DNA of 64,000 nt from Haliotis cracherodii (GCF_022045235.1 NW_027266297.1:31062001-31126000), one strand, 5' to 3'. Shown: positions 24,567-38,804, counted from the stretch's first letter. A program made the numbers and translations. Notes: a model not told the origin generated them from the sequence alone.

Positions 24567-25881
24567 CCGTATATGACCGCGTATAAGCCGAATTTTGAGG
24601 ACCAGAAAAAAGATTCTGTAGAAAGGGGTCAGCTTATCCACGGGATACACTTTCATGATAGTATTTTTCAGATCGTAATCTGTCAGAAACATCGCCTGAA
24701 TGACGGTCCGATAGATCACAACTTCCCGAAAGTTTGGAAGTTGCCACGACTAGAGCCATTATTGTTATAAATTATCAATAAAGTTATTATTATACACCAA
24801 TGTTGTCATTATTAAAAAAATGTTATACATGTTACTACTTCCGATAACAAGTTTTCAATTGAATGTTCAAAGTTTATCGTTCTTCGTAAACTCCACAATT
24901 TTTACATGTAACAATATATGTAATTCACAGCTATAATATATAATCCCCAGATGAAATCGCCAATAGCTATTACGTACGTTTTGCAAAGTTCATAAATTGA
25001 TAATGAACAAGTGTCTACCTTTATTGAAAGAGGCAAATAAACAACTGTATCGGCGAGTTATTCCGTTCGCCATTTGCAAAAACATGTGATCAGCTGTTTC
25101 CTGTGACGTCACAAACGGTGATCACTGTGATTGCTTCCTGTTGTTTAAAAAGCAACACGGTACACAAGGAAATGAGCATTGATAATAACGGGCCGATTGG
25201 TATTGTCATGTTGTTTACACAAACATTTTCAAGTTGTGGGTGCTTAGCGATCGTGTTGGGAGTAGGGGCTTAATTCCTTTGTTTTCGAGAGATTAGGTTA
25301 ATAAACTGGAGAAGCCTGTGAGTAAGTGATGGTGTTCATAGTATGATAGTTTATTTAATTCAATTGGATTAACATACAATAGTGGTGTAAAGGGGGTTAT
25401 AAAAGTTAGTATATTTTTACTGACTGACATTCTCATCATGAGTTTGAAACGAATACGCCATGCTTACGATGCTGAATTCAAACTCGCTCTAGCTGATATA
25501 TTTTCTCACGGGTTCATAATTCTATATACACCGATTCACAAAATGGCGCTTGTTGTTGATGGCAACATATAACGATCATTATGAGATTAAAAAAAACAAC
25601 GAGAAACAGCTTCCCACATTATGAAAGTGGATGACTGGTTTGTTAAATCTTTATTAGAAATAATAATGACTTTTTCAATATAATTACAATGTTTTTCATC
25701 TTATATTTTTGAATATCTGCGAGTACCGGCACATGTCTTGCAGTCCGACTTCGCAGTGTTTTTTGCCTTTCAATTCCTGGTTCGGCTTATCTGCGGGTCA
25801 TATCATTTTCTCTCGTATTTCAATGGTCAAGTTAGCACCTCGGCTTATCTACGGGGTCGGCTTATCCGCGGTCATATACGG
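24567..25881 (+). mobile_element. Non-autonomous pogo-like DNA transposon, 1315 bp
   Basis: TIRs CCGTATATGACCGCG(T/G)ATAAGCCGA; TA duplicated relative to the repeat unit; transposase N-terminal remnant at 25438. Confidence 0.85.
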
Positions 25882-26400
25882 TAACTATAGTTGATCAGTT
25901 ACTAACACCTGATTCTTTCATATAACTATAGTTGATCAGTTAGTAACACCTGAATTTTTCATTCTTTCATATCATTATGCCGTGACAGATAAACCATAGT
26001 AATATGAAAAACTCAGGTGTTCCTTAACTTCTTTAGAGCAGTATATGTTGTTATAATTCTATATATTAAGACTGTGAGTGAGAAAAGGGCCCATATCAGA
26101 TGTTCTAAAAACAGGGCTGTAACTTAAGTTTGATAACCTGGATCACATAAACCAGATATTGCGGGGTGCAATCTATGCTGTTCAGAACGACATACAATCA
26201 GCCAGATAGAGCCTGGACCCAATATACCAACGGTTGATATTGCGAGCACCAAACCATGTTGTTGGGTACACCATTGTAACCACATAATCCTCATTAATGG
26301 ATGCTTCTGATCATCATGGGATACTTTAGACCTATTATGCTACGGAATCAAAAAGGGCTTCCCTGCTTTTTTAGAATGTTCATTTTTCAATTGCCATTTA

Positions 26401-26743
26401 CCGTATTCAACGTAATAAGCGCCCCGCTCTAATAAGCGCACATGGCAATATTTGCTAATATATTGGCTAGTGAACAATCCCAATTAGCACCCCTTCCATT
26501 TGATCATGGTACACAAGACTTATTTATTTGTGTATAATACGCACTCATGTCTTATATGCACCCTTAATTATGGGCAATTAAATTCTGGAAAAATATATTT
26601 GTCGTACATAAAAATTTCAGGCTGTCAGCATAAACCACGAAATTTATCTTTCAACTCTTTTTTTTCACCAAAATGATATTCTAATAAGAACCCCTTATTT
26701 TTAATTTTGAGAGCCCCCTAGGCGGTTATTACGTCGAATACAG
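26401..26743. mobile_element. MITE family F
   Basis: TIRs and TA flanks; inverted relative to the 23109 copy. Confidence 0.85.
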
Positions 26744-27071
26744 TAACAGAATTGTACCTTTAGATTTTCACCGTAACACTCAAAGTTTCCTGGGTTATAT
26801 GTCAAGTAATAACACCAGTATGTTGTGTAACTTTTGACCATCAGCATATCTCAAACAATATCTGGTTTATACATCACCAAATTCTACACGATTTTCAGAT
26901 AACAATATGTCACTCCCCGATTCAGTCATACTGCAAGGCTGATACTTCTGTATCTCTAAATCAAATCTACATATTGGTCAAGATGTGTGCTACGAGGTGC
27001 ACTTGGTCTACCCTGTCAGTGGGTTCTCACAAGTGCCACATGTGACCTAGATTTTGGCTGTCCTAAGGCTG

Positions 27072-27200
27072 GTATGTATGTATGTATGTATGTATGTATG
27101 TATGTATGTATGTATGTATATATATATATTTACATGACATACTTCACTGTGTGCATGACATACTTCACTGTGTACATGACATACTTCACTGTGTACATGA
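27072..27200. repeat. (TATG)n plus a short repeat x3
   Basis: Read directly from the sequence. Confidence 0.85.
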
Positions 27201-28042
27201 CAAATTCCAATTTACATCACATCAGTTTCATGACATTAAACACAGACTTCCAGCATCGTCTCAAGTACATCAATGGAGAAATCCTAATGTCATCAAGGTT
27301 ACAGATTTGGGGTACCTTTCCGCAAATACTTAATTTAATATTACCAATACATCATTGAATTCTCTTTCATTACAGTAGACATATGTGTCATTATTTATCT
27401 ACATTAATGTCAAACTGTGAGATGTGCGTTTGATGAACATGCCTCTTACATCAAATATTTGTTGTTGAATGACATTGAAATGTCAAACCAACCCTTTATT
27501 ACCTACATATCTCACAACAACTATTTAAAACTACCATTAGACTTTATCATTCAGGGCAGTCACTGTGTATGTGTATTTTTATCTTATCAAAATTTTACTG
27601 ACTTCATAGTGCAATACAAGGTGTTTTATATACGTATTTATGTGTGGATATTGTGTGGGTTGTGAGTGGGAGGTGGGATGGGTATAGATTAGTCCAGGTC
27701 GTTGCAAATACTTTTAAAACTGGTTCTCAATAAATATTAAGTCAACACAGCCATGAACTGCATACAAGCCTATACACAAGTGGCTGGTTCATCATGACCT
27801 TAAAGCAACACTCATGCTCAGAATACCTGCATAGTTCAGATTCTTATATGATGCACAACATCCAATTGAATTACATCCAAAATGATATCAGCCAATAGAA
27901 CTTCTTCACCTCATCTTTATAGGAATTTTAAAACTTTACTTCTTAACAACAAAGTAGCCCATTATTATCCACATTCAGCTCGTTAGATTAGGTCACATTC
28001 TTACAAAACTTCATTTTCGTTAACATTGCACTTACATGATTA

Positions 28043-28469
28043 CCGTATTCAACATAATAAGTGCCCTGCTCTAATAAGTGTACACAGCGATATTTGCTAA
28101 TACCGTATTCGATGTAATAAGCACAATTGGCGATATTTGCTAATATATTGGCCAATGAACAATCCTAATTAGCACCCTTTCCAATTGATCTGAGGCCTCA
28201 AGTACAAATAAACAGATTGAATTGAGCAATGTACACAAGACTTATTTATTCGCTTACAATACGCACTCGTGTGTAATATGCACACTAAATTATGGGCAAT
28301 TAAATTCTGGAAAAATATATCTGTTGTACATAAACATTTCCGGCTGTCAGCATAAACCACAAAATTTATCTTTCAACTCTGTTTTTTTTTCCACCAAAAT
28401 AATATTCTAATAAGAGCCCCCTATTTCTAATTTTGAGAGCACCCTGGGCACTTATTTCGTCGAATACGG
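28043..28469. mobile_element. MITE family F with a duplicated left end (28043 and 28103)
   Basis: Two TACCGTATTC starts and one right TIR. Confidence 0.8.
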
Positions 28470-28823
28470 TATTCTTCATAATCTTAACAAAGTGCAACAT
28501 GCTCTCACAACAATTGCCAACAGAGACACAAGGTCACCATGACCTTTCTGGCCCCAACAATCACTAGTGACGATCTACACCATGTATACAGGAATTACTG
28601 GAAACATAAACCTAGATTTCTCAGATATACTCTACAATTAGTAATTACTACAAAGATCATGCGCATGACAAGACTACAATCAAGTGTGTTGAGAATTCTG
28701 GATGTGGCGTATGATTAATTGTGAAATTGACAACCCTTATCAGATGTAGATAACAATGTGTTCAGGGAAGCATTGTGGACATGTGTGTGTCATCCCTCAT
28801 TGAGTTCCATGATCCAATGTGTG

Positions 28824-29246
28824 GTGAGGTGAGGTCAGAAATGGGTTTAAGTCGCGTTCCAAGCTTACTGCACTGACAGTGACATGCCTGAACGTAAGTT
28901 TGTGTGGCTGCTTGTACTAGTCTGGAATCATGTCGGTTTTACAGGGTAGAAACTAACATTATCAGTCCACTAGTCCTGATAATGATAACATTTAGCAAAT
29001 CCCTTAAAAAATGGCAAATTTGTACTAGTCCTTAAGATACCTTAACTATTGAGCAGTTTGGCAAGGACTATGGGACCATAATGCCAATTTATAAAGTTTT
29101 ATAGTGCTAGACCACTGAGATACCATACAGCAGTTTAGCATGGATACCCCCCACTGAGACATTAGACCGACCAGTCCTTGTTTTGCCCTTAAATGCTGAG
29201 AGCCAGGCAAGGTAACAACAAGTACCATCTTTTAACGTCTTTTGGT
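28824..29246 (-). mobile_element. SINE family D, interrupted by repeat E
   Basis: Reverse match to 58368-58732 on both sides of the insert. Confidence 0.65.
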
Positions 29247-29285
29247 AAAGTGATGACGTGATTTCATCGCCATAAGAAACTTGCA

Positions 29286-29450
29286 GTGAGTGAGTGAGTA
29301 TGGTTTTACGCCGCTTTTAGCACTATCCCAGCAATATCACGGCGGGGACACCAGAAATGGGCTTCACACATTGTACCCATGTCGGGAATCGAACCCGGGT
29401 CTTCGGCGTGACGAGCGAACGCTTTAACCACTAGGCTACCCGATCGCCAC
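29286..29450 (-). mobile_element. SINE family A, young copy, followed by a long C run
   Basis: Nearly identical to 60688-60851. Confidence 0.9.
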
Positions 29451-29473
29451 CCCCCCCCCCCCCCCCCCCCCCA

Positions 29474-29725
29474 AGGGTAGAATAGGTCTTCAGCAACCCA
29501 TTCTTGGCATTAAAAAGCAACCTTGCTTGTCGTAAGAGGCGACTAAAGGGATCGGATGGTCAGGCTCGCTAACTTGGTTGATGCATGTCATCGTATCCCA
29601 ATTGCATGGATTGATGCTCATGATGTCAATCACTGGATTGTATGGTCAAGACTCAATTATTTACAGGCCGCCGTCATATAGCGGGAATATTGCTCTGTGT
29701 GGCATTTAACAAGAAACAAGCAAAC
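29474..29725 (+). mobile_element. SINE-like family B
   Basis: Family match. Confidence 0.8.
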
Positions 29726-30167
29726 ATTACAGAGAGACACTGCAGTATGAATGATTAGATTGACTAAATATTACAATGTCAGAAAGCGCTTGTGTTGCAT
29801 TGTTCTGCAATCTTTCAAATGATGTAATACACTATGGCATGTAACCCTGAGATTATTTGAAATGAACAAGACATGCTGATCAATAAAGTCCTTGGCATAT
29901 GGCGAAAATATGCTGCGTCATCTGCAGCACAGACTGCAATAAGCAGATATCAGAATATAGGGCATCAAGTTTGAGTCTGCAACATAACGAAGTAATTTCA
30001 AAGGGAGGTGGGCATGCTACTGATGCATTATGAAAGCATGTACCAAGTTGTAACCATGGTATATCAAGACCTTCTGAAAGGCCATTATTCGGCCCTAAAT
30101 CTCCAGGAAATGTAAAAATTTCCAAATTGGAATTAAAAATTGCCCAATTCATATTGGTCTAATTATA

Positions 30168-30447
30168 GTGAGTGAGTGAGTTTGGTTTAATGCCGCTTTT
30201 AACAGTATTCCAGTTATATCACTGCATGTCAGCTTAATGTGGGAGGAAAGCCCGAAGTGATGCAGGTCTCAGACGTTTACCACTTCGGTGAAACCCACGA
30301 GCATGGGTATGGTCCTGACAAACCTAGAAACATAATCGGGGCTAACCGGGATTCGAACCTACAATCATTGGTTTCTGGCGCGCCCAAGGGACACAACCCT
30401 GCACAGCGAATCACGGCACCTTAGACAACTCGGCCATCGGTGCCCCC
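30168..30447 (-). mobile_element. SINE family C
   Basis: TSD tggt(c/a)taattata. Confidence 0.9.
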
Positions 30448-30469
30448 TGGTATAATTATAACTAATGTT

Positions 30470-30590
30470 AGGTCCTGGGTCGATTCCCACATGGGGGTTA
30501 CAATATGTCAAGGTCATTTCTGGTATCCCCTGCCAGGATATTTGCTGGAATATCACTCACTCACTCACTCACTAACTTACTCACTCACTT
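30470..30590 (+). mobile_element. SINE family A, degenerate
   Basis: B box and ACTC tail. Confidence 0.65.
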
Positions 30591-32273
30591 ACTGGGGAAC
30601 TCCAGAATATTGAATGCATAAATATACAATTTTTTCACTGTTAATTCCTCCAAAAGTCCTCCAAAGTCTATTGTAACCCTCCCATATCTCAAACCACTCT
30701 GTAATCAAAGACTCTCATGGATTTTTACAATTTTCTCAAGGGAAGTTGTCAATTTACATCACATCCCAGCAAATTTCTGACAAAACAACTCATTTCCTCC
30801 AGCGTCACCAAACACCAGTGCTGGTCATCATGGGTGCTCACAGTGCATAGTCCTCTAGCAGGGCCAACCGTGTCAACTGGCGACCTTGCCCTTACAAAAT
30901 CAACATGCAAACATACACGTTTCTTCACACTAAACAAATATTATTGATTTCCTTGTTGTGGAAAATTAACTGTCTTCATACATTGTACAACACAGTCTCT
31001 CATTCATTCTGGTTAAGTGTGGAATGCTGGAGGGATGTGAGTGATGAGTGTATCGCGTGATGTTTTCTAATGTTCATCCCTTTAGGCTTGTTTCTCAATG
31101 TTAAAATTTATAGCTTGATTGTTATAATAAATATTGCATGTATGGGCTAGCTTTCCTACTGGGGAGAGATCTAGTGAGGAAAAATGACATGTAAAACTTC
31201 AAAACCAGGGCTTTTTATTGGGTAACATATAACTTAGACTTGCACAAGTCTCTAAGATAATTATTATGTTAAATTATAATTTATAGATTACATAAATAAT
31301 AACAACAAGTTTTCACTAAAGAAGACAGGCATCCTTAGTACTGGCTGCTTATCTAGACCTGCTTGTGATGAGGATAGAATGACTATACCTCTATGGACTT
31401 ATCATTCAGTACAGCCTTGGAGCAAGGCTACGTATTATTGCACCTGAAACATTTCCAAGAAGCTGTAAGTGTGCCAAGAGGATATTTTATTACTTGATTT
31501 ACGTTGTTGTTTGTAAAAATCTTATCCCACACACATTCCATCAAAAAACATTTCAACATGGATTTTTTCACAATCAAGGACAAACAAAACAGAAACTTCA
31601 AAAAAGCAGCATCTACAAGGATGTATCTGGACCCGCTCAGAGGCCGATATTAGGCTCTAAGTCTGCAGCAAATGTCAGTAAATATTTCAAAATGGAAACA
31701 AAAAAATCCAAATTCATGTTAATATAGTTTTTAACTAATTCTTTGTTGATGTGACTTGTATTTCACTGACAACAGGCCAATATAGAAGAGGAGGAAAAAT
31801 TTTATGTTTTTTTTTATTTCACTTGATGCAAAATTAAAGTGCCTATGAAAATAAGTTTTGGAACAAGAGAACAAATTTTCCCAATTTGCATGTTCATGGC
31901 CCTAGATAAATCATATGTATATCCATCCGCATGTGTAGAAATAAATGTCAGATCAGGACCTCAAATTACTTTGTCATGATTATAGTAACATATACTTGTC
32001 TTCCGCCCTGGCATGGCATTTCCTCTGTGACATCACAGAGGTCCTGTGACTTTCCACAATCAGCTGTCTCCGCAGTCTTAATACAGCTGGAGTCATTACA
32101 GCAAATAAGTAACAAAATGTTTAAACATACAGCCTATTTGTGACAAATATCACAAAAATAACTGGTATAATGTTTAGGAATGCAGAATAGATAGAGCAAT
32201 GAGTCTCCAGCGGGGAACATTTGTCAACGTAAGATCTTACAGTCTGAGTTTGACCCAGATCAGCTAAATAAAA

Positions 32274-32557
32274 GTGAGTGAGTGAGTGAGTTTGGTTTAA
32301 TGCCGCTTTTAACAGTATTCCAGTTATGTCACGACGTGTCAGCTTGATGCTGGAAGAAAGCCTGAAGTGATGCAGGTCTCAGACGTTAACCACTTCGATG
32401 AAACCCACGAGCATGGGTATGGTGCTGACAAACCTAGAAACATAATCGGGGCGAACTGGGATTCGAACCCACAATCATAGGATTCTGGCGTGCCCAAGGG
32501 ACGCAACTCTGCATAGCGAATCGCGGCACCTTAGACGACTGGGCCACCTGTGCCCCC
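32274..32557 (-). mobile_element. SINE family C
   Basis: TSD cagctaaataa. Confidence 0.9.
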
Positions 32558-32670
32558 CAGCTAAATAAGAGGATCAGAGGGTCACAATGTGTGACCAGAT
32601 CTTAGTGCTAAGTAGGCTTGGAGGAAGAGGCCCCAGCTGATAATGATCTTTATAGCCCGGATTACCACTA

Positions 32671-32956
32671 CCGTATTCGACGTAATAAGCATAATAAACA
32701 GAGTTGAAAGAAAAATTTCATGGTTTTTGCTGATAGCCTGACTGTTTATATACGACAGATATATTTTTCCAGAATTTAATTGCCAATAGTTAAGGGTGCA
32801 TATAACACACGAGTGCGTATTATACACGAATAAATAAGTCTTGCGTACATTGACCAATCGGAAGGGGTGCTAATTGTGATTGTTCACTTGCCAATTTATT
32901 AGCAAATATCGCCGTGGGCGCTTATTAGAGCGGGGCGCTTATTAAGTCGAATACGG
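32671..32956. mobile_element. MITE family F, internally deleted
   Basis: TIRs and TA flanks. Confidence 0.85.
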
Positions 32957-33074
32957 TAATGCTTACATACACAGGTTCCCCTGGCTCATATTTGCCAACT
33001 TGTAGATCATCATGAATTTTTAAATATTTCTGACTGTGGCATAAAACTGAATTCACACAGTTTGTTTCAGATAT

Positions 33075-33216
33075 ATTTTCACTGCTTTTAGCAATATTCC
33101 AGCAATATCACGGCGGGGCACATCAGAAATGGGCTTCACACATTCTACCCATGTGGGGAATCAAACCTGGGTCTTTGGCGTGATAAGCGAACGCTTTACC
33201 CACTGGGCTACCCCAC
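33075..33216 (-). mobile_element. SINE family A
   Basis: Family match. Confidence 0.8.
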
Positions 33217-33914
33217 TTTGTTAAAAGGTTCCACTATATCAGCTTTAAGAACTGCTTGATATTTATTTCAAAAGCAATGAATGCAAACACACCTTTCAGC
33301 TAGGAAGTGGTATTTAAATAACACCAACAAAAAGCAGCCATTTTATATGTACAATTAATAGTTAATAGTTTCCAATGTTTTTGTTGGTATAGCACTTTAT
33401 TCAAACAATCCAATCAATTGTAAATACCAACAAACATACTGTTTATGCTCCCTGCTTACAACCATGACCCGCTCTACTATTACAAAGCATTTTCCTGTAG
33501 CCTCATTACCCTAAAGTCTGAGGAGTCTACCGAAGTCTAAGGACAGTTTATACACATACAGGTCTAATGCAGAGTCTAATGTTGTTGTATATTCAGGTCA
33601 CATACACCTCATGTGTGAACAAGCCACACACTCAACCGTATACACTGTATTGGATTATTCTCAGATCCATAAAAGGGTCCGTTCATCTGTTATATTTATA
33701 TAAAAGGCAACATATATTGGCATATTTTCAGCTATTTAATTATTGCATTTATTTGCTCAAACATATGAACATACCTGTAAGTAAATTTATGCAATATACT
33801 TGACATGATGAATGAAATACAATTTAGACTATGTTATTTTCTTTTAATCATTAATATGAACTTTAGAATTTGTATGGACATATATACAATATACACAATA
33901 TATATGTGAAGAAA

Positions 33915-34080
33915 CCTGTGAAGATCCAGGCTATAATTGGTCTTCATCAACTCATGCTTGTCATAAGAGGTGACTAACAGGATGGGGTGGTCAGGCTCAC
34001 TGACTTGGTTGATGCATGTCATCGTATCCCAATTGCATAGATTGATGCTTATTATGTCATTCACTAGATTGTCTGGTCTA
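33915..34080 (+). mobile_element. SINE-like family B, 3'-truncated
   Basis: Family match. Confidence 0.75.
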
Positions 34081-34089
34081 ACACTGCTC

Positions 34090-34481
34090 TGAACAGTATT
34101 CCAGTTGTATCACAGCAAATCAGCTCAATGAGGGAGGAAAGCCTGAAGTGATGCAGGTCTCATACAGGGTATGGCCCTGATATACATGTACCTGGTGAGT
34201 GAGTGAGTATGATTTGACGCCGCTTTTAGCAATATTCCAGCAATATCACGGCGTGGGGACACCAGAAATGGGCTTCAGACATTGTACTCATGTCGGGAAT
34301 CGAACCCGGGTCTTTGGTGTGACAAGCAAATGCTTTAACCACTAGGCTACCCGACCGCCCCACATGTACCTAGAAACAGAATCAGGGTGAACCGGGATTC
34401 GAAACGATGATCACAGGTATCTGGCGTGCCCAAGAGATGCAACTCTGCAGCGGCTTAGACTACTGGGCCACTCTTGCCCCC
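34090..34481 (-). mobile_element. SINE family C containing a nested family-A copy (34195-34361)
   Basis: The A copy is flanked by TSD acatgtacct. Confidence 0.8.
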
Positions 34482-36261
34482 AATTATTATTTAGTACTGA
34501 ATACTTCAACAGAAGGTGTGATACATACACTACATTGACTGCACGAGTTGTCATGCCTGGACCAGCCCTTTCCAACATAACGGTGATCCTTCCAATTAAA
34601 ACACCACTAAACCTACAGTACATACATACAATGACACATCAATAATTTATTGTATTGTCGGACTTCAAATAATATAACATGTCAGTTATATCAGATATTC
34701 TATCAAGCTCAAGAACAAACAACAGATATATGTTACATTACTGACAACCTCACTAATATGTGTTACCTGCGTTCAAGTTTATACCAAGGTATGTTCATGT
34801 TACACGTGTCCACTATCAAATAGTCAAATGAGTAATGTGTTGTAAACATATCAAACATAATTATTTTTTAACATCAAGTCAATTTTGTTCAGAGACTTTT
34901 TGTTATAGATTTCACTGCGTAGACATAAGAATGGCAAATGCAATGTTCTGATTAAAGTCAAAATTGAATAAATCATCCAAATAATAACCTTCTCTATCCA
35001 GACCAAATTAACTTGGAAATCACCCTACTGGGTCGTCACAGTTAACAATAATCCTGATTAACAAGGTCCAACATGGACAGTAACTGCTCTTTTGGAATAA
35101 ATCCTATTAACAGGAACCTCACTCATACAAAACCTCTAACATTACCGAGTTGAGAACAGCCCTGAATAACAAATTTTAACATGGACAATATTCAACTTCT
35201 CAACCAGATTAATTCAAATAAACATGAACCTTACTTATCAAGATCCTATTACATAATTACACAGTCGAGAACAGTCCTGATTAACAAGGTGAAACTCTGC
35301 AGGGTTCAGTTCTAATGTACTAAACAGTGTTCATTTCAACAGTAGGTTGTCAATATCTATGGAATGTTTATGACAGATGACGATAATAAAAGTATGCTTC
35401 CCTTACAAGTCAGTTTTAACTGCTCTAACAGGCATATTTTGCCCACCACCTGATGCCGATGTACTCGCAACTGTAACACTGAGAAAGAATTTGCGAATTC
35501 CTAACTGATAACAACTGTACTGTTACTGGAAAACTGCCATCACCATAAATACTGCAACCAAGGGCGATGGAGCAAAAATGATTATCTAATACCATCACAC
35601 CTGTCATTATAGTTGATCAAAGGGGGGAGGTAAAGGGAATGGCGTTGTCATGTGGATTGAGGGACTGGGGGAGAGGCTTATGTAGGAGAGATACATGTTA
35701 TGTGTATGTTGAGAGCCTGGGGGAGGGGCTGTTAATGAGGGGGTTGGCCTGGGGGAGGGCTGATGACAAGGGATGTGTTATTAGGGATCAGCTGGCATGC
35801 TTATGTGTGATTGACAGAAACTGATTACTCTCTGAGGAAATTGACCATGCACTGTACAATGACATCACCTTTTTTGAGTGATAGGCTTAAAATTAACCTT
35901 ACTTTGTTTGACACACCGTCTCAGGTTGTAATTATAAATGATAACTGTGATCTAGTGAGCTGTAGATAAACTGTTATATATTCAGACAAGGATTGTAAGT
36001 GAGCGTTTAATCAGATTGAAACTTGCAGATTAATCAAGTAGACTGAATCATTATCCACTTACTAATAACATTTTCCACTGACTAATAACATTATCAACCA
36101 AACTGTATCTGTTCTTCCTTTACAATCAAACCATTACTATGCCAGTCAGACAATGTGTGAGATTGACTGATTCATTTACTTATGTACATGATTCTAAAGT
36201 ATTTCAATGTAAAGCACTTTTTAACTGCAATAGAACACACCCTAGCAAGGCTCCCCTGATG

Positions 36262-36428
36262 GTGAGTGTGTGAGTGAGTGAGAATAGTTTTACTCCGCTT
36301 TTCACAATATTCCAGCAATATCACGGCGGGGGCACACCACAAATGGGCTTCACACATTGTACCCAAGTGGGGAATCGAGCCCGGGTCATCGGCGTGACGA
36401 GGTAACGCTTAAACCACTAGACTACCCC
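36262..36428 (-). mobile_element. SINE family A
   Basis: TSD cccctgatgg. Confidence 0.85.
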
Positions 36429-37373
36429 TGATGGAAGTGAACTGGTAACATAATCGTATAAAGTCACAGGTCATGAATAAATGTGGTAAAAGCATATCTC
36501 CAGTAATTATTGTCTCTTCATACTGCTATAATCTAATTATCAGCCTGTAATGTTATTTGTGCTGGTACAACTCATATAATCTAATGACAAGTACAAGAGT
36601 CCCGAAGAATTACAATAGCTGGAATGTAATCAACTCCAACAACATCTCCCAAACTGAAAGCAATCTGACACTGACATCCTTGCTTGTCAATAACATGCTG
36701 GGATGTTTACAAAACTGCGCAATGACGCAAATAATTAAAATACCAAACGATATTTATCAAAAGTTAATTTATATTTGAAGGATTTCTTTAATTATATTTG
36801 CAACGGTTCAATGCACTGTCAATCGTGGCGATAATGATTCATTTAGAATATGGTAATCCTCAATCACTCCTGACCTTCAACTGACCATTGATATGAGGGT
36901 GTGATGGACAGTTCATTAGCATTTGTGGACATCATAACAATGATCGAGCCACAAAATAATGATCCATCGTCCAGGAGTGACCCAGATAAAAGAAATCCTA
37001 TAAGACTGCTGACAGAGCATGATGATCACGATAACCTCATGGAATGGGAGTACTATCTGTCAACACAAAAGTGACAAGACTTTTCAATTTCAGAATTGAA
37101 ACACTTTGAAACCTGAGCTCAAAGCAGGCACACAAACACTGAACCAATACACTTATGTAAACATATCAAATATGGAAATCTTTAAAATAAATTATGAATT
37201 CATGGGACTTATTAGAATGTTTATTTATGTCTTAACTAGAAAATTATATTTGGGGTAGCTTATGCAACCACCCCTTTAAATCATGTCCAGTCTGAGACTT
37301 TAGCCAAAAGTATGAAGCTTTTCTCGTAAAATGTATTTTGGTCTAGAAAGATCAGCTTGTGCAATAACACATA

Positions 37374-37493
37374 CCGTATTCGACGTAATAAGCTCTAATA
37401 AGCACCCTCGGCGATATTTGCGAATATATATTTGCTAGTGAACAATTCCAATTGGCACCCCTTTCGATTGATCGCTTATTACGTCAAATACGG
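37374..37493. mobile_element. MITE family F, 120-bp deletion derivative
   Basis: Both TIRs and TA flanks. Confidence 0.8.
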
Positions 37494-37800
37494 TACTAAG
37501 ACTATCAAATACTGAAAATTTTCAGGATAGAAACTCAAGTTTGGGGCACAGGCAGCATTTTTCTCATGATACTTCAGATAAGAGCATAGTTTTGCATTAT
37601 CATGTTTAACTAATTCTGCAGAATGCATAAACTGTTAAAAGGGAACAAAATTATTCTGTAAAAGCACAGAGATAAACACATGAGGAACATAAGAAATGTT
37701 GTTTGTTTGTAGAAAGCTCACTCTTTCCCTATTCCATACAGTCACAATCCCCTTTCTATGCGACAAATTCCTAGGCTTATTTGCTAGGATGATCTCTCAC

Positions 37801-37915
37801 CTGTATCCTTGAGTCGATTTTGTTCGTACCAGGCCATAGATTTTGTTGTGCCAAGCTCTGTCACAACACTCTCCCCTTCCTCCACCATATATCCAAAACC
37901 ATTTGACATCGCCAT
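37801..37915 (-). CDS. MACF1: Spectraplakin alternative first coding exon B: MAMSNGFGYMVEEGESVVTELGTTKSMAWYEQNRLKDT
   Basis: Strong Kozak context gccacgATGG; 115 nt open; ends phase 1 at ACAG|GTGAGA. G+AC gives the Asp at the start of the CH1 exon. TATA/Inr-like motifs upstream. Confidence 0.75.
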
Positions 37916-38349
37916 CGTGGCGGAATTTGTGCCACATGTGTCCTAACACTTCTCCCAGATCCGATCAGCTCCCTTCAGACATATAGTCGCTGCTTGAATG
38001 TCACGCTCAGGGAGGGAACTTCAAACCCGATGTAAACTCCCCCTCCAAACTCTCACTGCCCTAACGAGGACAGGTAGGATCCAAGTGTCCCAATTAGGGT
38101 AAATCCAAAATCCAGGTACATAAATATAGAGGACAATCTCAGGTATGAGGCGATACGTTCACTTTCAACCAATCTTCTTGTTCCAATGCTGTTCAAAAGT
38201 TACCATGTGTTTCACAGGCTATTATGCCCCGATAGGTTGCTGGCTGCTCAAACATTCAGCTGTTCTAGTTGCTTGATATTGGAATGTCATATACATGTCC
38301 GATGAACAGGACCCAGCCACGGGTTAAGAGTGTGGCAGTCGGTTGGCTG

Positions 38350-38388
38350 ACGCACTGCATCAATGGGTAGGCCTGCTATATAAATAGC
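38350..38388 (-). promoter_or_regulatory. TATA-like box plus initiator for exon B
   Basis: Minus-strand TATTTATATAG begins at 38386; Inr-like gCAGT has its A at 38356, 30 nt downstream. Confidence 0.5.
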
Positions 38389-38804
38389 TCGCCACTCATT
38401 TGGCAAGTGGCCTGTCTGAGAGTCAGTGGAGTGGGGAGAGGTATACCTGGTTGGACGAGCTCACCAAGATAGGGGGAAGCACATTCACTTCCGTCACTAG
38501 CAGACGATGTTTTCTTCTATTGTTGTGGTCGATCTCACAAAGAAGCCTTACTCTTAGGCAAATGGTGTTTGTTCTACAGACATAGGCATGAGTCAGAGCT
38601 GATCGGCAATCTAGAATCGCTTAGAACTCGTACCTGCTGTGCATCTGGGAATCATGTTTCTGTTGTTTATGTTTTTTGTCTCGTGGAACTCCACGTGTAT
38701 TTGGTCTACATACATACCCACGTGCTCGTGTTTGGGGAAGTTATGGGGGATTAGTGATTATTATTTTTAGCATTTTGAAGAAATTAATAATCTTATAAAC
38801 ATAC

